DNA from: Clostridia bacterium
GTDB taxonomy: Bacteria; CBDUZB01; JAGLHV01
Reading direction: 5' to 3'
Length of the DNA stretch: 52,207 bases
Assembly (NCBI GenBank): GCA_030637025.1
Contig: DAOVVV010000018.1
Span: forward strand, 1 to 52,207
The position numbers and the translations under genes were made by a program. Of the stretch, positions 10,042 to 19,400 are shown in pieces; positions within the stretch are counted from its first letter, which is position 1, and every line of letters starts with the position of its first letter. The notes beneath the pieces are model-generated. The model did not search any database. It saw only the letters and a list, made by a program, of their open reading frames with translations, and was not told where the DNA came from.

Positions 10042-11391
10042 ATGGGTCGGTTGTTTGGAACAGATGGAGTAAGGGGAGTTGCCAATAAATATCCAATTAC
10101 GGCTGATATGTCTATGCAGATTGGACAAGCTGTAGCCTACATGTTAAAGAAAGAAGGACATCGACCGAAAATAGTCATAGGTAAAGATACCAGACTTTCA
10201 GGCTATATGTTGGAAAATGCTCTGGTTGCAGGTATATGCTCAATGGGAACAGATGTAATACTTGTTGGACCAATGTCAACACCCGGCATTGCCTTTTTAA
10301 CTACGAATATGGATGCGGATGCAGGCATAGTAATTTCTGCTTCACACAATCATTATGAGGATAATGGTATTAAAATATTTTTTAAAAATGGATTTAAGTT
10401 AACAGACGAAGAAGAGCTTAAAATTGAAAATATGATATTTTCAAAAGAACTTCCCGCTTTGCTTTCTCCGTCTAAAGAATTGGGGCGTGCATTTAGGGAA
10501 GAGGATGCAAGTGGAAGATACATTGTATTTCTCAAACATTCGTTACCTAAAAACCTTAGTCTTGAAGGATTAAAGATTGTAATTGATTGTGCAAATGGTG
10601 CTACTTATAAAGTCGCTCCTATATTGTTAAGAGAAATGAGGACTAAACTTACAGCTTTAAATGTAAATCCGGACGGACAAAATATAAATCTGAATTGTGG
10701 AGCACTTCATCCTGAAAATCTTGCAAAAAAAGTATTGGAAACCAGTGCGGATATTGGCCTTGCTTTCGACGGTGACGGTGATAGATTTATAGCGGTTGAC
10801 GAAAAGGGAGATATTGTAAGTGGCGATAAAATAATTGCTATATGCGCTAAAAATATGAAAGAAGAAGGGATATTAAAAAATAATCTTGTTGTTACAACGG
10901 TAATGAGCAATTTTGGCCTTGCTATTGCTTTTAAAGATATGGGGATTGAACATGTAAAGACAAAAGTCGGAGACAGATATGTGCTTGAAGAAATGATAAA
11001 GAGGGATGCAGTTATTGGCGGGGAAGATTCCGGGCATATAATTTTTCATGAGCATCATACTACAGGTGACGGGATTTTAAGCGCACTTCAACTTATAGCT
11101 ATTATGAAAAAAGAGAATAAACCTCTTTCAGAACTATCGAAAATTATGAAAATCTTTCCGCAGGTTATGATTAATGTTGAAGTGAGCAAGAAGGATCCCC
11201 TTGAAGAGATAGTTGATATAAAAAATGTGATTGCAGAGGTTGAAAAAGAACTTGGGGATGAAGGCAGGGTTCTTGTAAGATATTCCGGAACTCAGTCTGT
11301 TTGCCGGGTAATGGTAGAAGGTCCCACCCAAAAAGATACTGAAAAGTTTGCCAATAAAATATCCGATGTTGTAAGAGAAAAATTGAACTGA
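10042..11391 (+). CDS. glmM: Phosphoglucosamine mutase
   Basis: FGTDGVRG, GKDTRLSGY, catalytic SASHN, DGDGDR metal loop, GGEDSGH, RYSGT motifs. Confidence 0.95.
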   Translation: MGRLFGTDGVRGVANKYPITADMSMQIGQAVAYMLKKEGHRPKIVIGKDTRLSGYMLENALVAGICSMGTDVILVGPMSTPGIAFLTTNMDADAGIVISASHNHYEDNGIKIFFKNGFKLTDEEELKIENMIFSKELPALLSPSKELGRAFREEDASGRYIVFLKHSLPKNLSLEGLKIVIDCANGATYKVAPILLREMRTKLTALNVNPDGQNINLNCGALHPENLAKKVLETSADIGLAFDGDGDRFIAVDEKGDIVSGDKIIAICAKNMKEEGILKNNLVVTTVMSNFGLAIAFKDMGIEHVKTKVGDRYVLEEMIKRDAVIGGEDSGHIIFHEHHTTGDGILSALQLIAIMKKENKPLSELSKIMKIFPQVMINVEVSKKDPLEEIVDIKNVIAEVEKELGDEGRVLVRYSGTQSVCRVMVEGPTQKDTEKFANKISDVVREKLN

Positions 11392-11515
11392 TATATAATT
11401 AATGGATAAGATTATCCAGTCGGGCTTTATAGATACACTTCGCTAAAACATAAATTAAAACATTACAAAAGATCCACCTTTTTATATTCCTTACCCTAAC
11501 ATGGCTTGTTTTGAT

Positions 11516-11552
11516 CCCTTCAATTACGCTTGGGGTAAACTCAGTCGAAGGG
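11516..11552. repeat. REP-like palindrome downstream of glmM
   Basis: CCCTTCAATT...AGTCGAAGGG imperfect inverted repeat; internal sequence resembles TGAGCGTAGTCGAAGG-type REPs. Confidence 0.5.
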
Positions 11553-11803
11553 TTCAATGATGATATTTCATTTGGGGTGGTTCCTATCATAAAACCTACA
11601 AATGAAGAATTGTAAATTTTACCAGCAACATTCAATATAATAATATTAGAAATAAAAAAACTTTTCAAGACAAAATATAAATAAAATCTATAGCAAGAAC
11701 TTTATTTTTTGGTTAAGCGGGTGTATTATAGCCGGGAAATTTAAATGCAGTGATTTTATATTTTCAGTTGTTATAAATATTTTAAGTAAAGAAGGAGTAA
11801 AAA

Positions 11804-12484
11804 ATGAATAAAATTATTCTAAAAATAATGTTACTTTTAAGCTTATTTGTTTTCATTTTATCTTTAGCGTTGTTTGCTCAGCCATCAGAAAAAAGCCTAA
11901 TAGAAACATGGGAAACAATACAAAAAAACGACCCTAAAACTGTGGTTTTTCAAAAGAAGGAAGAAAATCATTATAGATTCGAAACAGAAATATTTCCTTT
12001 TGATGGGGAGTTAAGAGTTCTTAATATTAGCATAGATGATCGTATGCGAGATTTTAAATATGGATATATTACGGGGGTTATTGAGCTTGAATTAGTTAAC
12101 CTGCCTGAGTCTTTTTGGAAAAAACATTCCTTCAGTTATTCAAGCTGGTCCCAAAATAATGTACTTTATTATGACCAAAAAACAGGTAAGTGGTTAAGTT
12201 CCCGGGAGTATTATGCTAAAAGCCGGAAAGATATGACCGGAAACCCTTTAGTGCGTTTTAGGAATATATTTACAAATCTTCCAATTATTATATTAATTTT
12301 CTTTATAGTTTCTTTGATAATTATCTCTGTCAAAATTCAAAATAAAAATAAAAAATATATTGATTTTGCCCATGATTCAACAAAAAAATCGTTGGAATTA
12401 TCTCAAAAACATTTAATTTTGGACGAAGAAACAAATAAAATATTGAAGGAAATATTAGAAGTATTAAAAAATAAAAGTGGTTGA
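11804..12484 (+). CDS. Hypothetical membrane-anchored protein (signal peptide, one C-terminal TM helix, coiled-coil tail)
   Basis: SD AAGGAG; signal peptide ending ALFA; hydrophobic LPIIILIFFIVSLIIISV segment. Confidence 0.8.
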   Translation: MNKIILKIMLLLSLFVFILSLALFAQPSEKSLIETWETIQKNDPKTVVFQKKEENHYRFETEIFPFDGELRVLNISIDDRMRDFKYGYITGVIELELVNLPESFWKKHSFSYSSWSQNNVLYYDQKTGKWLSSREYYAKSRKDMTGNPLVRFRNIFTNLPIIILIFFIVSLIIISVKIQNKNKKYIDFAHDSTKKSLELSQKHLILDEETNKILKEILEVLKNKSG

Positions 12485-12691
12485 TTTGTCGAAAGAGTAT
12501 ACCTTTAAAGAGAAATTCAGGATAAAAAAGAGAGAGATTAAAGTTGGTGCCCCTTAGTAGACTATTTTCTAACTTTTGAAATAGACAATAATCAAATGAA
12601 CATGACAAAAAAATGCTTGCTGCTGCATAAATACTAATAACCGATCTTTTTTAGAAACTATTGAACAATCACTTATTTTATAAAAATTAAC

Positions 12692-12722
12692 TTGACATGA
12701 TATAGTATGGATATTCTATAAT
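12692..12722 (+). promoter_or_regulatory. Sigma70-type promoter with 19-bp spacer upstream of the efflux operon
   Basis: TTGACA (12692-12697), 19 nt, TATAAT (12717-12722). Confidence 0.55.
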
Positions 12723-12747
12723 CTAATAAAGAAGCTTTGTGTAATAA

Positions 12748-12912
12748 ATGTTTGGAAATAGTTTTGTTTTCTTAACGGGAGGAGTAGTAACAGATTATAC
12801 TGAAATAGTAATTTTGTGGATTAATGCAGGAAAAAGAACAGCTATTTGGTTGCCAATAATAACTATTCCACAGGTAATTTTGGTAGGAATAATTGCAAAT
12901 ACTGTTTTTTGA
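12748..12912 (+). pseudogene. C-terminal fragment (54 aa) of a putative permease (DUF318/ArsP-like)
   Basis: MFGNSFVFLTGGVVTDYTEIVILWINAGKRTAIWLPIITIPQVILVGIIANTVF*; resembles the last helices of DUF318 permeases; an in-frame TAA immediately precedes the ATG. Confidence 0.55.
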
Positions 12913-12957
12913 CATGGGAAGAGAATAAATTATAGATATTAAAAAAGGATAAGAATT

Positions 12958-14238
12958 ATGAAATTATGTAATATAACAATATTTTTAGTGTTAAGTATAT
13001 TTTCTGCTTCTTTGCCAGCAAAAGAGAGAATAGTTTCTGATAACGATGAACAATTAAGTTTACTAATAAGTACAGCTTTGAAAAATAATAAACAAGTACA
13101 ATCTTTACTTAACAAATGGGAAAGTTCAAAATATAAGGCTATAGAAAGCAAAAAACTAGATTTTCCTACTGTTACTTATTCTTATTATATTGATGAAGTT
13201 GAAACAAGAGTAGGGGCTCAGAAAAATGCTGTTAATGTTTTGCAATCATTTCCGTTTTTTGGGAAATTAAAAACAAAATTTAATACATATAATGCTTTGT
13301 CTAGTGCAGAGGAATTTGAATATTATGCAGGAAGGGATAAAATTATTTTTGAGGTGAAAGATGCCTATTATGAATATATGTATATCATGAAGAGCATAGA
13401 TATTACAAGAGAACATATTGATCTTCTTACATCTTTTGAGAGGCTTATTAATATTAAATACAAAACAAATAAGGCGATGTATCAAGATCTTCTAAGGGTT
13501 CAAATTGAACTTGATAAACTAAAAGATAAGCTTCTTACATTACAGTCTTACAAAAAACTTATTATATCAAGGTTTATAACTGCTGTAGGGACAAAAGAAG
13601 TAGAAGATATTGTGGAAAAAATTGAACTAAATTATCCTGATGTGGTATATGAAATTCCAAGCAAAGAAGAACTGATGAAGGAACTTTTTGAAACGAATCC
13701 AATATTAAAAAAACAAAATGCGTATGTTAATGCTCAAAAATCTAAAGTTAAATTAGCAAAACTTAATTATTTTCCTGATTATGCATTAGGCGTAACGTAT
13801 ATTAATACAGAAGATAGAGATTTAAATATGATAGATAATGGAAAAGACCCTATTATAGTCATGTTAAAACTAAAACTTCCTATCTGGTTTAGAAAACTAA
13901 ATGCAAACTTAAAAGAAGAAAAATACAACCTTCTTTCTAAACAGGAAATCTATAAAGATACAGAATATAAATTAGAAGGACAATTGGAATTAATATATTA
14001 TAAATTAGATGATTCAAAGAGAAAAATAGAACTTTATCGAGATTCTTTACTACCAAAGGCAGAGTCTTCGCTTAAAACAATACACATAAATTATAAAGCC
14101 GCAAGAAGCGATTTTTTAGATCTTATTGAAGCAGAAAGGTTATTGTTAACACTAAAATTAGATTATTTTCGTTCTGTAACCACCTATTATCAGAAATGGG
14201 CAGCACTAGAAAAGCTTATAGGAAAAATATTAGAATAA
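12958..14238 (+). CDS. TolC-family outer-membrane efflux protein (CusC-like)
   Basis: Signal peptide; two OEP-like helical repeats (ETRVGAQK..., LKLPIW, LLPKAE...DFLDLIEAER); first gene of an RND operon. Confidence 0.9.
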   Translation: MKLCNITIFLVLSIFSASLPAKERIVSDNDEQLSLLISTALKNNKQVQSLLNKWESSKYKAIESKKLDFPTVTYSYYIDEVETRVGAQKNAVNVLQSFPFFGKLKTKFNTYNALSSAEEFEYYAGRDKIIFEVKDAYYEYMYIMKSIDITREHIDLLTSFERLINIKYKTNKAMYQDLLRVQIELDKLKDKLLTLQSYKKLIISRFITAVGTKEVEDIVEKIELNYPDVVYEIPSKEELMKELFETNPILKKQNAYVNAQKSKVKLAKLNYFPDYALGVTYINTEDRDLNMIDNGKDPIIVMLKLKLPIWFRKLNANLKEEKYNLLSKQEIYKDTEYKLEGQLELIYYKLDDSKRKIELYRDSLLPKAESSLKTIHINYKAARSDFLDLIEAERLLLTLKLDYFRSVTTYYQKWAALEKLIGKILE

Positions 14239-14252
14239 AAGGAGAAATATTT

Positions 14253-16202
14253 ATGAAATGGCATTTAAGCAATACATCGTGGAAATATAAAATAGCGATT
14301 ATAGTTTTAATACTAATGGGATTTATCGCTGTAAAGTATGTATTCCGTTCTAATAACGAGCATCAGCATAAACAGGAAGAAATAGCAACTGTCAAATATT
14401 GGACATGTTCTATGCATCCACAAATTAAACTGCCAAAACCCGGTAAATGTCCTATATGCGCGATGAATTTGATACCGGTAAGTAATGAAAATACTTCTGT
14501 AGAATCTGTATCAGAGCTTGTACTCTCGGAAGCCGCTAGAAGTAGAGCAAAGGTTACTACACAGGCAGTAAAAAGAAAGTTTGTAGAAACGACTATTAGT
14601 CTCTCAGGAAAAGTTGCATATGATGAAACACGTCTTTCATATATAACATCATGGATAGATGGAAGAATTGATAGATTATTTGTTGATTATACAGGCATAA
14701 CAGTGAGTAAAGGCGATCACATGGTATATATATATAGTCCGGAATTATTGTCTGCACAAGAGGAATATTTAGAGACTTTGCGTGCTAATACGATAAGTCA
14801 AAGTAGTGCAAAGGAAAAGCTGCGTTTATTTGGGATAACAGATGAACAGATAAAAGAAATAGAAAAAAAAGGGATTCCAAGAGAGCATATGACGATATAT
14901 TCTCCGGTAGGAGGTGTTGTTGTGAGCAAACATGTGAATCAAGGTGTATATGTAAAAACAGGAACAAAGATATATACTATAGCTGACCTTGAGCATGTTT
15001 GGGTTATTCTTGATTTATATGAAAGTGATGCAAGGTTTGTTCAGTATGGACAAAAAGTAATATTTGAAACGGAGTCGCTGCCTGGAGAAAAATTTGAAGG
15101 AACAGTAGTATTTGTACATCCTACGATGGACGAAGGTACTCGTACTATCAAAGTGAGAGTTAATGTGTCTAATGAAAAGAAATTATTAAAACCCGGTATG
15201 TTTATACGTGCTAATATTTTTGTTTCTATAGGAGAGCATGGACCAAGGAATAAGACAAATTATGCTGATAAATGGATATGTCCTATGCACCTTGAGGTTT
15301 TAAAAAGTCATTCTGGTAATTGTCCAATATGTGGAATGAAGCTTAAAAAAGCAGAAGATGTTCTTGAAGGGGTATCAGGAGTAGAAAAAGAATTACCACC
15401 TCTTGTTATTCCTGTAAGTGCTCCTCTTATTACGGGTAAACGAGCGGTTGTTTATGTAGAAAAAGATTCAATAAAAGATACAGAAAGTATATATGAAGGG
15501 AGAGAGATTATACTTGGACCGCGTGCCGGAGACTATTATATTGTAAAAGCAGGTTTAAAAGAGGGGGATAAGGTTGTTACAAAAGGGAACTTTAAAATTG
15601 ATAGCGCATTGCAGATAGAAGCAAAGCCTAGTATGATGAATCCTGATGGATCAGGGGGTAAACAAACGGGGCATGCTGGCCATCAAATGGGGGCCAATAA
15701 ACCTAATAAGAAACAATCAAAAAAGGTGGAAAAAAAATCACATAGAAAATCTACAGCAGAAGATGTAACTTATGTTTCACCTGTATATAAAAGGTATTTT
15801 TCTATCCAAAAATCGTTATCAGAAGATAATTATAAAAAAGCATTTGATGCTATAAATGTACTAGGTAAAGAAATTATAAATGTCAAAAAGAACATAACTG
15901 ATTCTAAGCTTAAAACAATACTATCTGAAATGGAAGATGTCCTTGTACATAAAGAACATGTTCAAGACATTAATGGATTTCGTTCTATGCTCTTTGGCCC
16001 TTTATCTAATAAAATAATAGAGCTAGAAGAAATAGTTGGGCACAAAAATAAAAATATTCATTATAAAATGTTTTGTCCAATGATAAATGAAGGACAAGGT
16101 GGACTTTGGCTGCAAAATGATGATAAAGTTCAAAATCCATATTATGGAAAAGATATGATTTCTTGTGGAGAGATACAAGACACATATTACTCTAAAAAAT
16201 AG
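14253..16202 (+). CDS. cusB: CusB-like RND periplasmic adaptor with two heavy-metal-binding domains and a C-terminal DUF3347-like domain
   Basis: WTCSMHPQI..CPICAM and WICPMHLEV..CPICGM motifs; YSPELLSAQEEY; LKPGMF; C-terminal FCPM...WLQ...NPYYG..M..CG. Start at ATG 14253 after SD AAGGAG. Confidence 0.88.
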   Translation: MKWHLSNTSWKYKIAIIVLILMGFIAVKYVFRSNNEHQHKQEEIATVKYWTCSMHPQIKLPKPGKCPICAMNLIPVSNENTSVESVSELVLSEAARSRAKVTTQAVKRKFVETTISLSGKVAYDETRLSYITSWIDGRIDRLFVDYTGITVSKGDHMVYIYSPELLSAQEEYLETLRANTISQSSAKEKLRLFGITDEQIKEIEKKGIPREHMTIYSPVGGVVVSKHVNQGVYVKTGTKIYTIADLEHVWVILDLYESDARFVQYGQKVIFETESLPGEKFEGTVVFVHPTMDEGTRTIKVRVNVSNEKKLLKPGMFIRANIFVSIGEHGPRNKTNYADKWICPMHLEVLKSHSGNCPICGMKLKKAEDVLEGVSGVEKELPPLVIPVSAPLITGKRAVVYVEKDSIKDTESIYEGREIILGPRAGDYYIVKAGLKEGDKVVTKGNFKIDSALQIEAKPSMMNPDGSGGKQTGHAGHQMGANKPNKKQSKKVEKKSHRKSTAEDVTYVSPVYKRYFSIQKSLSEDNYKKAFDAINVLGKEIINVKKNITDSKLKTILSEMEDVLVHKEHVQDINGFRSMLFGPLSNKIIELEEIVGHKNKNIHYKMFCPMINEGQGGLWLQNDDKVQNPYYGKDMISCGEIQDTYYSKK

Positions 16203-16203
16203 A

Positions 16204-16407
16204 ATGCACTCTATAAAATATATATCGATTGTTAGATGTCCATATTGTAAACACAAAGCAAAAGAAAAAATGCCGGATAATTCATGTCAGCTTATATATA
16301 AATGTAGTAAGTGTAAAAATGTTTTAAAGCCAAAAAAAGGTGATTGTTGTATATTTTGTTCTTATGGGAATATTCCGTGTCCCCCGATACAAAAGCAAAA
16401 AGGATAA
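16204..16407 (+). CDS. GDCCVxC-domain small cysteine-rich protein
   Basis: RCPYC...EKMPDNSCQLIYKCSKC..VLKPKKGDCCIFCSYGNIPCPPIQ; ATG at 16204 just after the cusB stop. Confidence 0.88.
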   Translation: MHSIKYISIVRCPYCKHKAKEKMPDNSCQLIYKCSKCKNVLKPKKGDCCIFCSYGNIPCPPIQKQKG

Positions 16408-16411
16408 AAAC

Positions 16412-19400
16412 ATGTTATCTAAAATGATTAGATTTTGTTTAGAGAATAAGTTAATAGTCGGGATTCTCGTGATATTTATTATTGCTTGGGGGTTGCTTGT
16501 TGCTCCATTTGATTGGAAAATGCCAGGACTTCCTCGCAATCCTGTTTCTGTTGACGCTATCCCTGACATTGGAGAAAATCAGCAAATTGTGTTTACAGAA
16601 TGGATGGGACGATCTCCGCAGGATATTGAAGATCAAGTTACCTACCCTTTAACCGTATCTCTTCTTGGTATTCCAGGAGTAAAAACGATACGCAGCTATT
16701 CATTTTTTGGTTTTTCATCTATTTATATTGTCTTTAAAGAAAATGTTGATTTTTATTGGTCAAGAAGCCGTATTTTAGAAAAATTAGCCAGTTTACCTCG
16801 GAAGACATTGCCAGACGGGGTTAGGCCAAGCCTTGGACCTGATGCAACAGCTCTTGGACAAGTGTTTTGGTACACGCTTGAAGGGCTTGATAAAGAAGGA
16901 GAACCCACAGGAGGATGGGATCTAGATGAGTTGCGTAGTGTTCAAGATTGGTATGTAAAATATGCTCTTCTTTCAGTCGACGGGGTTAGTGAAGTTGCAT
17001 CTGTTGGAGGGTTTGTCAAAGAATATCAGATAGAGGTAGATCCCGATATTATGAAAGTTTATAACATTACCTTGGCTCAAATATTTAAAGCAGTAAAAAA
17101 CTCTAATCTTGACATAGGAGCAAAAACAATTGAAATTAACAAAGTAGAATACATTATACGTGGTATAGGACTTATAAAAACAATATCAGATATAGAAGAA
17201 ATAGTCTTAAAAGAGCATAACAATATTCCTATAACCATTAAAGATGTCGCTCGTGTAGTAGAAGGCCCTGCAATGCGTAGAGGGGTTCTTGATAAAGAAG
17301 GATCTGAGGTTGTAGGTGGAGTGGTAGTTGTGCGTTACGGAGAAAATCCGCTTGCTGTAATTAATAGATTAAAAGAGAAAATTAAAGAAATAAGTCCGGG
17401 ACTGTCTAAAAAAACACTAAAAGATGGGAGAACCAGTAAACTTACAATTGTTCCATTTTATGATAGAACAGGACTTATTTACGAGACATTAGGTACTCTT
17501 AATGATGCCTTGTATCAACAAATACTGGTAACAGTTATTGTTGTTATTGTATCTCTTATGCATCTCGGGAGTTCTTTATTAATTGCAGGACTTTTACCGC
17601 TTGCAGTTCTTATGTGTTTTATTTTTATGAAGTTATTCCACGTTGATGCAAATATCGTTGCTCTTTCAGGTATAGCAATTGCTATAGGAACATTAGTTGA
17701 TATGGGTATTGTTGTATGTGAAAATATTTTAAAACACTTACAAGAAAAAAAGCCGGGTGAAAAAAGAATAGATGTTATTTATAACGCCACAAAAGAAGTC
17801 GCAGGAGCAGTACTTACAGCAATCTCAACTACTATAATTAGTTTTTTACCTGTATTTACCATGACAGGACCGGAAGGTAAACTTTTCAGGCCTTTGGCAT
17901 TCACAAAAACATTTGCGCTTTTTTCTTCTGTTATTATTGCTCTTATGGTTATTCCGGTAGCAGCAGATTTATTTTTAGATAAAGTAATAAAAACTTCAAA
18001 AATAAAAAGAATTATAACTAATGCATTACTATTCATTGGTATTATTATAGGATTTAATATTTCTATTCTGCTTGGAAGTTTGTTTTGTTTGTTTTTTATA
18101 CTATATGTTGCATATCCATATATACCAATTAAAATACACAAAAAAATACCGATTATTTATAATTACATTATAGTTGTTTTTGTTGCAATAGTGTTAACTG
18201 CAAACTGGCTGCCTCTTGGTGTAGGAAAAGGAGTTTTTTTAAATTTTATATTTGTTTGTGGTGCAATAGGTGTATTATTGTACATTTTTCATTTTATACA
18301 GATTCATTATGCGAATATGCTCGGGTGGTGTCTTAATAATAAAATGAAATTCTTATCCTTTCCTATTATATTAACCTTATGTGGTATTCTTATATATAAA
18401 AGTTTAGGTAAAGAATTTATGCCTTCTCTGGACGAAGGTTCTTTTTTGTTTATGCCGACAACCATGCCACACGCTTCAATAGGAGAAGCATTAGACGTGC
18501 TACAAATACAAAATAAAGCCATTCGTATGATTCCGGAAGTAGAATCAGTTGTGGGTAAAATAGGAAGAGTAGAAAGCTCCCTTGATCCTGCTCCTGTTTC
18601 CATGATTGAAACCGTCATTAATTATGAATCAAAGTATAAATTAAATGAAAAAGGAAAAAGAGGGAGATTTAAATATAATAGAAAGAAAAAAGAATTTGTT
18701 CGTGACAAAGAAGGGAAATTGATTCCTGATACAAGAGGAAAACCCTTTAGACAATGGCGCAAACATATAAAAAACCCTGATGATATATGGTCGGAAATTG
18801 TTAAGGCAAGCCGTGTTCCGGGGACAACATCAGCACCAAAACTGCAACCAATAGCAGCGCGTATCGTTATGCTACAGACTGGTATGCGAGCGCCTATGGG
18901 TATTAAAGTAAGAGGAGGAGATCTTAAAACTATTGAGCGAGTTGGACTAGAGTTAGAAAAATATTTAAAAGAAGTGCCCTCAGTTAATTCTGCGGCAGTT
19001 ATAGCTGATAGGATTGTAGGTAAACCGTATCTTGAGATACATATTAACAGGAAAAAAATTGCTAGATATGGGATTACTATAAAGGATGTGCAGAATATTA
19101 TAGATGTTGCTATAGGCGGAAAAACAGTTACTACAACAGTGGAAGGAAGAGAAAGGTATTCTATACAAGTACGGTATAAGCGAGAATTAAGAGACTCTAT
19201 AGAATCTATAAACAAAATATTTATATCTAATAAGAAAGGGCAACATATTCCTTTAATAGAGATTGCAGATGTTAAATATTTAAGAGGTCCGCAAGTTATT
19301 AAAAGCGAAGATACCTTTTTGGTAGGATACGTTGTTTTTGATATGAATGAAGGATATGCTGAAGTTGATGTTGTGCGTCAGTGTCAAAAATATTTAGATA

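Noticed and set aside
11399-11668. 89-aa minus-strand ORF
   Set aside because: It spans a REP-like palindrome and the putative att site, has a TTG start and no recognisable protein features.
12592-12630. SNEHDKKMLAAA* reading resembling a tmRNA tag
   Set aside because: No tRNA-like 5'/3' ends or T-arm nearby; at most the tail of a lost gene.
16204-16407. Selenocysteine in the GDCCVxC protein
   Set aside because: All Cys positions are TGT codons; there is no in-frame TGA.
16340-16411. GTG start of cusA at 16340
   Set aside because: It overlaps the GDCCVxC gene; ATG 16412 follows its stop and gives a typical CusA N-terminus.
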